Assembly (NCBI GenBank): GCA_000708835.1
Contig: DF237005.1
Coordinates: forward strand, 163,943 to 227,942
Length of the DNA: 64,000 nucleotides
Reading direction: 5' to 3'
Source of the DNA: Klebsormidium nitens
Taxonomy: Eukaryota > Plantae > Klebsormidiophyceae
Shown: positions 36,301 through 53,200 of the stretch, piece by piece
Layout of the letters: each line of letters begins with the position of its first letter
Numbering within the stretch: the stretch's first letter is position 1
Notes under the pieces: generated by a model
Seen by the model: only the letters and a program-made list of their open reading frames with translations
What the model was told of the DNA's origin: nothing
Database searches by the model: none
Program-made: the position numbers and the translations under genes

Positions 36301-39300
36301 GATTACCACGGCAAACAACTGTATGGATTTTTGCGGAAAATAAACACCGGTTCAGTCTTGAAACTTCGTCACTCACGGCATGACGACTGCCCCCAGCAGC
36401 GACACCGCGATGGCCGTAGCGTGCGACCCGTTCAGCCGGGGCACGAACATGCCCTCCAACACTTCGGCGGCGCGCGGGCGCGCAAAGTAGAGCTCGAAGA
36501 AGAAGCACGACGCGATCATGAAGACCAGGACCGAGATGAAGATCTCCAGCTTGCGGACCTGCGGCGGACGGCCAATAAAGTGAGCGTCCACAAAGTCCGA
36601 AAGCTCGCCGTCGGATCTAAGAAACGGAAGTGGCGAAACTCCATCATGAGAGGGAGCCTCGGCGGAGTCGCTTTGCGCACGGAGTAGCAAAAGTTACTTC
36701 TTGTGGGGGTTAGGACAGGAGGATCTGACGATCTTCGTAGCAGGCCGCTTTGTCAAGCCCAATTGCTGTCTTCAGGGTTGCGGGTTTCCAAAACATTAGG
36801 TATTGGAGAAGGACATCCGTCAAAGCGTTCAGGGAGCCTCCGTGGCGTCTCGATGCTTTCACACGGCTGAGAAAAGAGGACGCTAATCCACAATCTGCTT
36901 CGCTCTTCAAGCAGAAAGCCTTTCTCCTGGAAGAGACTTCTCTTAGACACATTGAACGACTCACCCCGTAATTTTGCAGCGCGAGCAAGATGAGCGTGCT
37001 GAACCCCGTGAGGATGACACCAATCCAAAGTGGGATGCCAAAGAGCATCTGGAGAGCAAACGCGGTGCCAATAACTGGGGAGGAGCAGAGAAACAGGTTA
37101 GCTCTCTCTTCTCATTTTGTTGCTTTGGTTTTCGACACTCTACAAGTCACGAAGCAACAAGTAAAGGACTCGGAGTTTGACGAATCTCCAGTTGCAACAG
37201 AAATCAAATTTCTGCGGTGAAGAAAGCGGCCTGATGGGTTTGAATGGGACGCCGAAGTTCAGCTGAGACATCTGACCTTTTGCAGCCAAACAATTTGCAT
37301 GGTGAACTCAGGGTTACCTTCTGGAATGTCGCTAGCCACAATTGCCAGCTCGGCAATGATCCAGAGCGCGTGGTTGACTCGCTTCGGGTACTCTGCTCGG
37401 CAGTGCTCCGAGAGATGCTTCCCTGCAAGGTTGTGATCAGAATGATCAGTGGTATGCAACGTGAAAAATTACAAAAACAGACAAAGCACTGAAAAAAGAT
37501 GCTTTCCTCCAAGATTTCAAGCAGGATGATCCGTAAGAGGGTGGACTTTAAAAATCCACACAAATATGCAGAAGCATTGAGAAACGTTGGCGCACAGCTC
37601 CCTTGCCGCCTCTGAGGGCCGACTGCGTTCGAGTGCGATATGAGCGACTTTCAAGTTTGACCCACGGGCGCATTGGATCCTACAAATGTACAGATCCGGG
37701 CACTATACGGGCTCAGGGGAGAGTCAGGTGACTCCGCATCCCCCAAAAGGGAACGTGAAGTCAGTGGCGGAGTTACATCTTATTAGCAGGCTAATTACTC
37801 GCACAGAATCTCAAGTCACAAGCGAAAACGGATCACATCCTTCCTTCCGCGCAAGTCGAGCAGCTTTTTGCGGCAGGAAATTCCAATATGCTGGTCACAA
37901 ATACGTCCCGCCGTTTGTCAGATTGACGCACCTGTCACCACCCCTAGGTTCGCCGCTAGCGATTGTATGATGAGCCCCGCAATGGAAGCCAGCAGCAGCA
38001 CCCAGAGTAACTGCGCCCAGAAACGCATGGTATTTCACGCACGAATCAGATGAAAGGTGTTTTGCAGATTGTAATACGGCCAGCGGATCAGGCAAAGGGA
38101 GAGGATTATCGGCTTTGTGAGAAGTCAGCTGACCAGTGCCCTTACGGTCTTTCAACGACTTCTGAAGAGCCTTAGTATCGGCGCAATTGAATACCTTTGG
38201 AAGGATTCTTTTGCTTACGGGCTGTGAAACGATATGGACGAGATGGGGATCAATCGTGAGTGCTCTTCCTACAAACAACCCCAATCCGGGGGTGCTCTGG
38301 TTTCGTGTGTCTTTACCAACAATGCTTGTTGTGATTGGCCTGAGAACGAATGGTTGCGCACTGCTTTGCGCTAGTTGACAACCTGAAAGTTTATCCTTAC
38401 GCAAATTTGGGATACACAAAAGACGACCTCTATCATACAGAGCAGTACAGAGGTTCATAGGTGCACAATTGGGACAAGCTAAGTCGCTATGCAGATTGGG
38501 CATTGCCTTAAAGTAGTAAAGGAAAAAACCGGATAAGAGCGCCACTAATCAGTTCTCAGGGGCCACTTGCCTCGTACTTGAAGTCAGCTCCAGCTTTCAG
38601 GTCGCTCTCAACTGCACAGCGTGAAGGCAGCTTATGTTCTGGTTCTGTTCCATCTATGCTGACGTCAATTCTCACAGAAACAGCACATTTCCGGCTCCGA
38701 AGATGGAATCAAGTTTCTCTTTCACTCGGGCTTAAACTCACAGATTGCTCATCAAGACTGGAGCTTCCAAGAAATCCCGGAATGTGAAGCAACGTCGATA
38801 GGGCCAGGACTGTAAGCTAGGTCGAATCTCTTTCCGTGAACAAAGCCACAATATCTGCCAAATTAGCCAAAGAAGAGAGTGAACAAACAGAGGGACTTTG
38901 GCTGACTGCATGACACGGCACCAACATCGAACATCTGCTTGTCCAGCGAGAAGACCACCAGGGAAGCATCCATGATTTCGTCAGGGGCGCCCAAATCGCC
39001 AGAGTTACACATTCAAAAACTATGGGGTGAGAGGCCTCGATAATTAGGTTAGGAGCTAAACTAACATCTGATGACACGCTTCCGGCGTCTTGCCCAAGAC
39101 CTCGCAGGGCTCAAAGTCGACGGCAAACCAAACCAAGGCAAACTAGGAAGTGAGTTTAGACAGGTTGACTTAGGTGGGTTAGACTTACAGTTTCCTGGAT
39201 CAATGTAAGCGATGGCCACCAAAAAGCCCGGCCCCAGGTACGCTAGCAGTTTCCGGAACCCCCGTTTCTGCAAGACAAAGAGGCAAGCCGAGTAGGATCA

Positions 39301-40095
39301 ACCTGCGACATTTCCTGTGTACCAAGGGGCCAAAAAGGAATCAAAAAGGAGGGCAAAGGAGGGAGGAGGGTGCAGACTGGAGGACAACGGGGCTTCCAAA
39401 CCTGAACTAGAATGTGGAAATCATATAATTTGTAACTTTCAACATACAGATAAGGGTGACGCCAATAGTACGTAATCAAGATGGGCCGATTTAAACGAGT
39501 TAAACTCTCAGTCTTTGCGGCAGGGCGAGCACCTGGCGCACGCAATTTCTGATTGTATGTTTCCCACCACTCCAATCATTACTGAGGACTCCATCCTACG
39601 GTGACCCTGAATGATTTAATCATGTACATAAACAGTTGCCCTGAACCTTGCAACCTACCCTGGGAACTCCCCGTTCCCCCAGGTTAGAGACAGCTGCGAT
39701 TGACGTCCAAAAAGGTGGTAGTCACAGACAGATGATAGCCACATTGGTTCCTGTTTGTTACAACAAATATGTCCAACTCTCTCAGTTCAAAGGGTGGTGG
39801 TCATGATGTGAGCTTGAGTGAAAAGTGAATAATATCGAGCAGATTACAGCCACGTTGTCATAACAAGTATAACCACTTTCCCCACAGCAAACGCTCTGCT
39901 TGCACTCACATCCGGCACGTGGATCTGCTTCTGAGCTGGCCCTTCCTCCTCCTCCGCCCCGCGCCTCGCCGATTGTGACGTCATCGCCAGCACGTCCGCT
40001 GTAAGCGCGTCAGAGCTGGACCAACTGCCATTGTCTGAGTCTGAACCGTCCAACAACCTCTTCTTTCCTTGAACGTCTTGCACCTTGGGAGCCAT
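30307..40095 (-). CDS. NRAMP: NRAMP divalent metal (Mn/Fe) transporter, plant NRAMP1-like clade, about 14 exons
   Basis: Exons approximately 40095-39910, 39270-39188, 38611-38571, 38010-37932, 37433-37316, 37047-36966, 36563-36375, 35830-35765, 35006-34829, 34085-33981, 33193-33062, 32160-32062, 31369-31217 and 30593-30307. Motifs: [75 protein letters not shown] and [11 protein letters not shown]. Confidence 0.95.
31902..32032. mobile_element. Short dispersed TIR element, copy 2, in an NRAMP intron
   Basis: GAGGGCGTCGGA...TCTGACGCCCTC (12-bp TIR, 1 mismatch); homologous to 2386-2544. Confidence 0.6.
32925..33062 (-). repeat. Tandem degenerate copies of a 5' splice-site region in an NRAMP intron
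   Basis: On the minus strand, the real donor GTAAGATCTTTCGTACGAA is followed by GTCAGGTCCTCCGTACGAA about 40 nt later and GTAAGGTCCTCCGT further downstream. Confidence 0.65.
33120..33510 (-). repeat. Triplication (151-152 bp unit) of an acceptor plus the first half of an NRAMP exon
   Basis: Exon starts after AG acceptors at 33193 ([23 protein letters not shown], real), 33345 ([23 protein letters not shown]) and 33496 ([23 protein letters not shown]). Confidence 0.85.
34040..34610 (-). repeat. Four copies (about 140-180 bp spacing) of an acceptor plus the 5' part of the [16 protein letters not shown] exon
   Basis: Real exon at 34085. Copies at about 34265 ([18 protein letters not shown] changed to AA), about 34405 (degenerate) and about 34587 (AG intact, NAIGKRS* stop). 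Confidence 0.8.
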
Positions 40096-41042
40096 TCTTA
40101 GGTTAGGACAACGAGCAGGCAAATGCCAGCATTGAGCTCAAGAGACCTTATCCCCAAAGTCTGTTGATCATTGAATTTGACACAAGAGTTCTGGGCTGGC
40201 TTTGTGCGGAAGTTCAGTATGCTTCTTGAACCACGCCAACAAGCTAGAACTTTCCAGATCACAAAGATCGCGAGCAATTTGACGGAGGTGGTACACTCCT
40301 CTCGGCCCTGTAAACCTCAATCGAGCGCCTGGCCTTCGCAAACAAAAAATACTCGATGCCTGCCTCCTGCTCGAGTATCCTTGCAAGCGTTTATGAAGAT
40401 ACTATAACTTAGTCTATAACCGCCACCATCTCCTCCCCAAACTCATGCCAATGGTTGATGTCTGATCTTGAGCTGGCCCTTCCAAGTTCAGATCACTGTT
40501 GATCAGTTTTCAAAGAGTACGGTAGATACCACAGCATATTGCGGCAGACTGTTGATAAATGTGGATAGAAAACTGCGCAGCATATCCTTACCCGAGGTGG
40601 AACATTAAATCCTTTAATAATACAGGACGCATTTCTCCTGCGAAGCAGAAATCGCGGAATTCGTAATGGCCACAATACTTTGTCTGTATACGAGGGATAA
40701 AATTGCTACATATTACCTTCCGATCACGAGAGCAATACCTCGGTATTGAATTCAGTTTGCTAGCTAGGTAGGTGCTTGCCTTTGCCATTGGCATTGGCTT
40801 CAATGCAGATAGACAGGTCCAGGTCCTCCATTCCCCTACCGCCACACCTAGTCACACTTTCTTTCACTCTCAGAAGAAACATGCTGAGCAGCTGAGAGCT
40901 GGATTCCTGGAGGCTCTCAAGTAAAAGCTTCATTGCACCTTGTTGTATGTCAAGTGTGCGGTGACTTATCACCTACACCAGCGGTCAAAAAGAAAATCCA
41001 AAAAGGCATCTTCAGAAGGGCTAATACGCAAAGGGCACGTCC

Positions 41043-43779
41043 ATGGCCCTGGAGGTACAAAGGCCTGTGCCCCACCCCATCTATCTAAATGTGTATGATC
41101 TGACTCCGGCGAATGGGTACTTCTACTGGCTGGGCCTGGGCATCTATCACAGCGGTCTGGAAGGTGAGTAGGTTTCACAGCTGAGCTTACTTCTTATCAA
41201 CTTCTTTGTCTCAATAAGCATTCGTGAGGACCTTTGAACCAAATTCGTTCCATGAAAGCCCATATTCAAGAGAAGTTGACCCGCTGGTTTGTGCTCTGCT
41301 TCAAAGAACCCTATTTTTTGTTTAGGGATGTCTGAAACAATTTAGAGTTCCTTGGGGGAGAGAGCGGAGGGTGTGGCTGAGGGGAGTCGTTTTGCAGACT
41401 ATGATTGCTAAGAATAAAACCGTCTGCCTTCAAACCACATCCCAAGTGTGCAGGTTAAACTCTACAGATGATCAGGCGGCCAAGTGCTTTGTTTTCAACA
41501 AGGCCCAATCAGCGCAAGAGTAGATTACTTGATACTTCAGAAAAGCTTTGCTTCTTGAGTTTAATTGAGCTTCAGGATGACTTTACGGGGTTCGTTTTTC
41601 TTTCTATGAACTGGGGGAGTGGCGTGTATTTCACTTCACTGCCTCTATCAAGAATCAACAAGGCCTGGTTTGCAGTAAAGCAATCACAGATTGAAACTGC
41701 CCCCCAGCTTAGGTTCACGGGACAGACCACACGTGTGGCGTCGGAACTTAGCCGTGCCCAATTTATTTTCAAAGTATCAATTTTCAATGGTCGAAGCCAA
41801 CTGTGTTGACCCTAAAAGCTGAGGTCCAAAAGCAGGTTTTTACTCCCCCCTGTGAAGCATCTTCCCCTTGTGTAGTGGCCAACTTAAAAGGGGGCGTCAC
41901 TGTGTGTGGTGATGTTATCAGTTTGTAACCAGGTTTTGCACTTTCTGGATCGATCCTCCTCGTTCCTAGGATTGGTTTCATTCTTTACTTACCCATTTGA
42001 CATCCGCCCGCAGCCCACTACGTTGATAGGGGTGCGTAAAACTCCCAACTGAACAGCTTGTTTCCCCATTCAAGTCAAATACGCTACCAGGGTTAAGAAG
42101 CGGGTTATCCTAACCTAGATTATTCCTTGCACAGCACATGGGACAGAGTACGCATACGGGGCGCACGACTACCCCACAAGCGGCGTGTTTGAGGTTGAGC
42201 CCAAAAATACCCCCGGGTTTGTATTTCGGGAAAGTATTGAGATGGGCACAACGAGCATGACACCCCGTGAGTTTCGGGGGTTCATCGAGGCGGCGGCGGA
42301 CGAGTACACGGGGGATAGCTACCACTTGATAGTAAAGAACTGTAACCATTTCACAGATGACATGTGTTACCGGATGACGGGGAGGCGGATACCTGGGTGG
42401 ATCAATCGGTTGGCGCATATAGGTGAGGGTCTCAAGTAACTGAACTCGGTGAGCGGCAATATGCTCTGGAGTCGTCTTGATGCATTGACTGGAAAGGAGG
42501 TTCCTTTCACTTCAATTTGGGTAGGCTTTACTGGTCCCAGAAGAATTTCTTGGACCGTTCAGAAGTACCTTCGAGAATTGACTAGTGCGCACAACTGTCC
42601 TAAGAACTCAAATCCATTTACTCGGTAAACAATCAACGAACTTGCTCTGATAGGCCATAGTACTTTGTCGTCTTCCTTCGAAGGACGATGGCTGTGAGAT
42701 TGTTCCACGTTGTCAAAGGAAGACAGCACCACAGCTTTGACGTTTTTCTGGAACCGTTTGCGCCTGCGATTCTTGTTATGAAAGTATTTACCTGGTCCCG
42801 AGCAGGTGACAAGCGCCCGCATTCTTGCGGGGCGAGTTCGGTCTTTCCCTTGCATGAAACAAACCCTTCGGTCTTGGTCTTAATTTGGCTCTACGAATCA
42901 CGCCCTTTGACTCGCAGACAAAAGGATGATCGGACCCTCCAGGTGGGTCTTCCTGGACCAAACTTCCAAGCGTTTGTTCCCCCCTTTTTCCAGGCTGGAT
43001 CTTCAACTGCCTGCTCCCCGAGAGCCTCCAGGTCACCGCCGCGCAGCAAGAGTACCGCCCCGTCCAACAAAACACGTACACCAAACTCCCAAAACCCCAG
43101 GCGCAACGACCGCGGCCGCCCCCCGAAACGGCCCCTGCCTGGGCCGTCCCGAGCGCCCGGGAGGGATCCCCCGGCGATGACGTCAGCGGCGCAACGTCAG
43201 CGGCGCCCATGTCGGTTCCCGGCCTGAGGCGGGCGCAGGCGGGGTTGTTGGACCCGAGCCTACCGCAGCTGCCGTCTTTGTTGAGCTACCGGTGGAAAAT
43301 GGACGCAGGTGCGGTTTCGTAGCCTTGGCGTGTTCTTGATTATTTTTTGTTGTGCTTTTACCCCTCTTTTCTGAACGGGGACGTTCGATCTGATTTCGTC
43401 ACGATGTTCCCTCCAGCCGTCCTTACGACTGGAATACCTGTGGAATATGGGCGCAAGCGGCTGCCATGCATCTTATCTTTTCTTTTCCTCGTACCTCCGT
43501 GTCTTGTTTTCATTGCTCGTTATCCTTTTCGTCGTCTTTCGCCCTGTCCTTGTTTTGATAATTTTGACCTTGTTGTCCGCATTACTTGGGCTCTACTGTT
43601 CCTATCTCCAACGCTCATACGTAATGTAGGACTGACGATCTCCCTTTACTGCAGACGGTCTTCGGCCTCAGTCAGTCAACCGTCCGAGTGACAGCGAACG
43701 GTTACTTCCTACAGATGCGAGTGTGCCACAGAAGGACAGAATACTTGACACAAGGCGGTTACGAGACGGTGGAACTTGA
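41043..43779 (+). CDS. DeSI/PPPDE (desumoylating/deubiquitinating isopeptidase) family protein
   Basis: Exons 41043-41163, 42134-42421, 42994-43308 and 43655-43779. Motifs: IYLNVYDLTPANGYFYWLGLGIYHSGLE, AYGAHDYPTSGVFEVEPK, YHLIVKNCNHF, WINRLAHIG and NCLLPESL; the His and Cys catalytic dyad motifs are intact. Confidence 0.92.
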
Positions 43780-43829
43780 CCCCAGCTTGTGTGCTCGACT
43801 GAGTTTGTGATTGTGTTGTATTTGGTCAA

Positions 43830-44340
43830 TGCATGGCTAGATATGCAACTGTAATGAAGTGCACTGACTATCAACGTTCCCGTTAATAGTACAGGCTTCG
43901 GATTGTGCATAAGTCAAAGCTTGCGGTGATGATCGAAGTTGCAGTGCGTGTATATCATCATGTTGAGTGCACTGATCGATGTTATATGCAGCAACTCGAT
44001 GTTGCCTTCCAATCTACCAACGCCCTAGGCGTCATTAATAGCCATGTTGAGCACGGCCGCCAATCGTTGTCAATGCAGTTTGTTCAATCATGGCTGATTC
44101 ACCCTTCTTTATTGCATGGTCGCATGCTTTGTACGTTAAGAGATAAGGATATATCCCTGCTCGGCGCGCGCTAGAATATAGCTTGCGCGGCGTGTGTGTA
44201 TATGGCTGAGGATCTGTGCACCCCCATCAAAATTCATGCACAGCGTACTGTAGGGGGATCGAGTAAATTGCAAAAGGACGATAGTCACTTCCTTTCCTGC
44301 TTTGTACCAATGCATGTCAGGCAGCTAGGCGATGAGATCT
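43830..44340. other. CATG/TGCA-rich intergenic patch between convergent DeSI and SAHH 3' ends
   Basis: Dense tgca/catg/atat words and no credible ORF. Confidence 0.45.
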
Positions 44341-44735
44341 TGAACTTGCCATCATAAGAACGCGATACAAGTTCGAACTCAATACACACGAGGGAAAACG
44401 ATATGGTGCATGGACCCATACCAACACAAATCTCTGGCTCTGCGCCACAAAAAAAGCACGATTCGCAGGTCAGGTTAGAAATACATGTGGATTATTCTAG
44501 TCCTTCGACTCAGCACTCGAGTTGCTGATCCCGATCCGAACCACAAACTACCAACAACATGCACACCCCTTCGTTATTAGAACAGTCTTCATAATGAGCT
44601 GTCACAGCATCCCGATCCGCCAAAACTAGTACCTACCCTGCAGACTGCAATCACCAGCATACGATGGTACCTTCCACTACCTCATTCCTCATGCAGCACA
44701 CCCAGCGACAGTCCCCTCCCAGTCGCCAGCAACAC

Positions 44736-48798
<4,063 letters not shown>

Positions 48799-48909
48799 GG
48801 CTGCGAATCTGCTCGATCTACAAAGGGAGAATGCGCCTCAGGAGAGGCGGAAGAAAGATGGTGAAGGGAGAAAAGACAAGAAATGTGAGCTTTCCCTGGA
48901 ACTTTGAGC

Positions 48910-50275
48910 ACCCTTTGTATAATGCTCCCTAGCTGTGATCCGCTAAGTTGGCGGGCCCAAGCTACTGATGTCAGTGACGTCGCTGCAAAAGTGACGCTGC
49001 ATTGCTCTGGATATTTTCCACTTTCCGTTTGACCGAATTACGATCCAACTTTCTTCGACGATAATTGTTTCGCCGGAGTTTGTATACCCATCGAATTGCC
49101 CCGGGTCGAAACTGAATCTTTTCGGCATCGAGCTTTGGTGGGCGCTTCTGCGAGAGATCTGCGAGGGGCGGTGTAGAGGAAGCCAGCATTGCGCATGGGG
49201 CGATAACGAGGGCGTTGCAATCACTCTACCTCTGAGTCTACCGTCAATTAACGGGCAAGGCGCCCTGCATAGCTTATGGGGAATGGTGATCCCTTGAGCT
49301 TTGTTTGAGCTCCTCATCCAAAACTCGAAGCTTGTCTTCTCGACATTCAATGGTGCCAGTCATCAGCAATGCGGACCATTGCCATATTAAATTCCTTGTA
49401 GACGTAATGGAGTGTGTTTGAGGATCATAGTTTTGCCGTTATGCTCATTAAGCCTTGTACCTCTTCCGTCTGCCGCTTTCGTTGCAGCCCTTTTGTCTTC
49501 TCTGCGCTGCGCACATACGTCACCAACTCTTGCAATGCAGAAATTCTGAGAATTAGGGTTCAGACCGAGGATAGTGCCCCCCCTGAAGCCCCACAGCTGT
49601 CAAAGAGGCAAGCGAAGAAGCGCCGCCAGCTGTTGCTCAGAATGCAGATCTATCCACCCTCAGGGGACACCGTCTCGGAGTTCATGCGGCAGAAGTATGA
49701 GCGTGAAGCACGTCGATACTGGGATCTCTTCTACAAACGCAACGAGGGCCGCTTCTTCAAGGACCGCCACTACCTGCACAAGGAGTGGGGGCACCTTCTG
49801 GGCGCTACCACCGCCGCTGATGTCAGCGCTGATATCACTGCTGATGTCAGTAATGCTGACAGCGCTGAGGCAGCATTGAGGGGTGGTGGTGCGGCGGAGA
49901 GTGGCGCCCTTTTGACTGCTCCGAAAGAGGACGTTCACAACCACGGGAAAGTAGATTCTGGCAATGGGGAAAAAACTAGAATGGAGAGCAGAGGGGGCTC
50001 GCATTCCTCAGTTGCGGTTTTGGCGGACGATAAGAGGGTGGTGCTGGAGGTTGGGTGCGGGGCAGGAAACACGGTGTACCCCTTGCTGCAAGAGAACCCG
50101 GCAGCCTTCATATATGCGTGCGATTTCTCAGCGCGGGCGGTGGAGCTAGTGAAGGTAAGCTGGTTGGTCGGCAGACTAAGTTAGGGTTCCAAACCCTAAA
50201 TGTGAAATAGATCGCTTCTGATCGTGCCTGTTTGTTACTTGAGCGGTCAGTATTGCAATGTAATGTGGGCCATAC
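48910..50275. promoter_or_regulatory. Putative shared divergent promoter region of SAHH and the methyltransferase, with site II-like and telo-box-like motifs
   Basis: GGCCCA at 48954, TAGGGTT at about 49554, an inverted pair TTAGGGTT-CC-AAACCCTAAA at 50181-50200 and TGGGCC at 50266. A TATA-like TTATACAAA lies on the minus strand at about 48914-48922. Confidence 0.3.
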
Positions 50276-53200
50276 TTTAGGTCACTATGATGCAAAAGTG
50301 TTCGAAATTGGGGCCCTCCTCGAAGATATGCACATCTCTCATTTCCCTGGGTGTAGTGTGACCTTTTCAGAACTAGTTACCTAACTACTGGTAGTCCTGA
50401 GGCCTTTGATGGACTTCAATCACTTTTCTTATCTGTGTGCAACCCCCAAAAGGAACCTCGAAAACGCATTTGATTTATGGATCCCGTAATGCACGCCTGA
50501 CTGTTCTCACATTGATCACGTGCCAAGCTCTTGCAATCTGGATTAAGTAGCTCGACCGGACCCTGCAGGCGCACCCGTCATATGATGCGCAGCGGGTGCA
50601 CGCCTTCGTCTGCGACATCACGGAGGATGACCTCAGCAAGGAGGTCCCCGCGCAAAGCGCTGACATTGTCTCAATGGTGAGACCACTTCCTGGCAGCATC
50701 AAGCAAACGCATTCTGTTGTATGCTCAGTATCGTCAAAACATAGTCCCTCGCGTGCGGCCACAATAGTTGCGAGTCTTAAACGAGTTTTAGCCCTTCCAG
50801 GTTCCTCAAAAGAGTCGAGTTTCTTGGTTGCAGCTAGATACACGGTTTTCTTCCTGTCCCCAGATCTTTGTCCTCTCTGCAATATCCCCCGAGAAAATGC
50901 CGGCGGCGCTGCTCAACGTCGCCCATGTTCTGAAGCCTGGGGGACACGTTCTCCTTCGGGACTATGCAGAAGGGGATTTGGCACAGGTGGGTCTACTGTT
51001 TGTCTTTCGGACTTCTCAGCGATGCATGGCTGATTGCAGTGGAGTTGATGTACAGATTGCTGCGTTTGATTGTTCTGACCCGGGCCTCTCAAAAGTTAGT
51101 TTGTGAACCGTTATTAACCCAACCGCTTGCCAACGAGCATACACTATCGATACCCTCATTATTGAGTATCTGTTGGGTGTTGGTAACCAATCCTCCTGCT
51201 TAAGTTTGCAAGCAAGGAGACTAATTTACGTGGGGGTTTCTTCACAGTTTGGTGCATTGTGTTGGCTTGATGTGTCGACATTAGCTGCACAGTGCGTGAT
51301 GAACACTCTGCTGGAAAGAAGCATATTCATGGCACGTACTTTCTCCACTCTCCGCAGGAGCGGTTGACTGGAAAAGTCCAAAAGCTGGCGGACAACTTTT
51401 ACGTTCGGGGGGATGGCACGGTAAGCTTGGTTACCCCCCCAACTTTGGGTGTCTGGTTCTGCAACAGAGTTTTTGTCCCTCTGTGTCGCTTAGACGCTTC
51501 AGGATAGGCAGCGGCTCTAATTTATCCACTCTAGATGACTTTTTGGGTCAGCAAATCCAAGTTGTTGGGTCGAGCTTGAGTATCTCGGTGTTGGTTGACA
51601 ATTATCACCCGATTGCGATGACGAATCTGATGTTTTGTTGTGCATACCAACCTGTTCAACTGTTACACGATCTGGATATGTAGCCCAAAGGAAACTTGTA
51701 GAAAAGGAGGGTAAGGCCGCTCAAGAGACTCTGCTTGCAGACTATGACCTGAAACACGGATCTCACTCGCTCATTTGCATTCCGGCGCACTCATCTTTCT
51801 CACAATCTCCATTCTGAGTTGTTTTCTTTCTCTGCTGTAGAGGGCTTATTACTTCAGCGAGGAGGCCCTGTTGACACTGTTTCGAGGCGCGGGCCTAGAG
51901 TGCACGGATATAAGGGTGCACGAACGGGAGCTCGAGAACAGGGCCCGCAAAGTTGTCATGAACAGGTGCGCACGAAGCTTCGTTCTTCTTGTAGCAAGAG
52001 GCCTTCATTCTTGCACTTGTTGCAGACGATAGAGGGAGCAGAGCAGCGGCAGAGGTTGTGATAAGACGCGAGGGGACTTGCACATCAGAGATGCTAGCAA
52101 CGTCCCTTGAAAAATAACCAGTGAAATTTAGAAGGTACAAACGAGGACTGGGCTCGTGGTACGCATGGCAGCTGAGAAAGGTGTTTGGCCATTGGACAGC
52201 TGATGCTTGCTATGACATCAAAGATCATGAACCACGAGAGGATTGAACCAGGAAGAAGGCGATAAGCGACGTAGTGGGGCTGGTGCTCCTCGCATGAACC
52301 AGCGGTGTCGCCATCTTTGAACCAGTGGATTGCTGACAAGATTCTCAGAACCTTGTTTTGTCCAAGCTTGGTGATGTCCACGCCTGGGCCCAACATACCC
52401 CAGAATGACTAATTTGGTGCATCTTTCCTGCAGGCGATGGATCCAGGGAACGTTTCAAAAGGCGGGCGGTAACATCCCCTCCACAGCGTTACCGCTCGAC
52501 CCGCGAGATGGCGTGTCTCGGCAGCTAGAAACGTGTACTATCGACTCCGAAAAACCGCTACCCGCCAATCGTCCAAACACGACTCTGCCACACAGCACCG
52601 CGCTCGCTTTTATCGACTTAGAAGGGTCCTCCAGAAAGCAACCGCTAGCCACGAACGGAGTACCGGGCAACCAAGCGAGCAGTGCCGTAGGAGACGGAAC
52701 AGAACGGAACGGAATTGTGCACCTTGAGTCAGACGGGGAGTTTGCGCACGCGCAGTCGACTTCGTCTCTGACCTTGACCGGGCTCAGTTCAGGCGGAGAC
52801 AACGGTGAAACGGAGCGGAAGGGGGAAGCACTGTCGGAAACGGAAGCCGGAACCGGACTTCGCTCGGAGGGGGAGTCGCGTGCAACTGAAGACGACGGGG
52901 GGCCCTCGCTGGGTGAGCTGTTCAGCACCCCCCTGGAGTACGAGGTGATTGGCCGTGCCTTTGTTGAAGTTCGAGTCAATTGGTTTGAACGGAAGAAGGT
53001 TTGTTTTGTGCTTGTCCATGCGCTAAGGGGCCCCGTTTGGTAGTTCCTGGTGCTGAAGGACCCCCATCTACCTGTTCTTGTAAATCGTGCATACAAGAGG
53101 CGTTCCGTGCTTTTTCGTGTGCTAAGGGGCCCCGCTCGACAAGTCCTGGTTTTGCGGGATTGCCCTCCTTACTTCGGAGCTGAAATCGAGGGGCGCTTTG

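Noticed and set aside
37895-38545. 216-aa stop-free ORF on the NRAMP strand spanning an intron
   Set aside because: It is out of frame with the true exon and has no recognisable domain or transposase motif; most likely chance.
44150-44195. GC hairpin next to CTAG resembling a Helitron 3' end
   Set aside because: The geometry does not fit (the hairpin surrounds rather than precedes CTAG), and there is no matching 5' TC end or second copy.
53020-53145. Repeated gctaaggggccccg about 100 bp apart, and gatgccatgctaat twice at 53930-53985
   Set aside because: Small local intronic duplications with no TIR/TSD or coding consequence.
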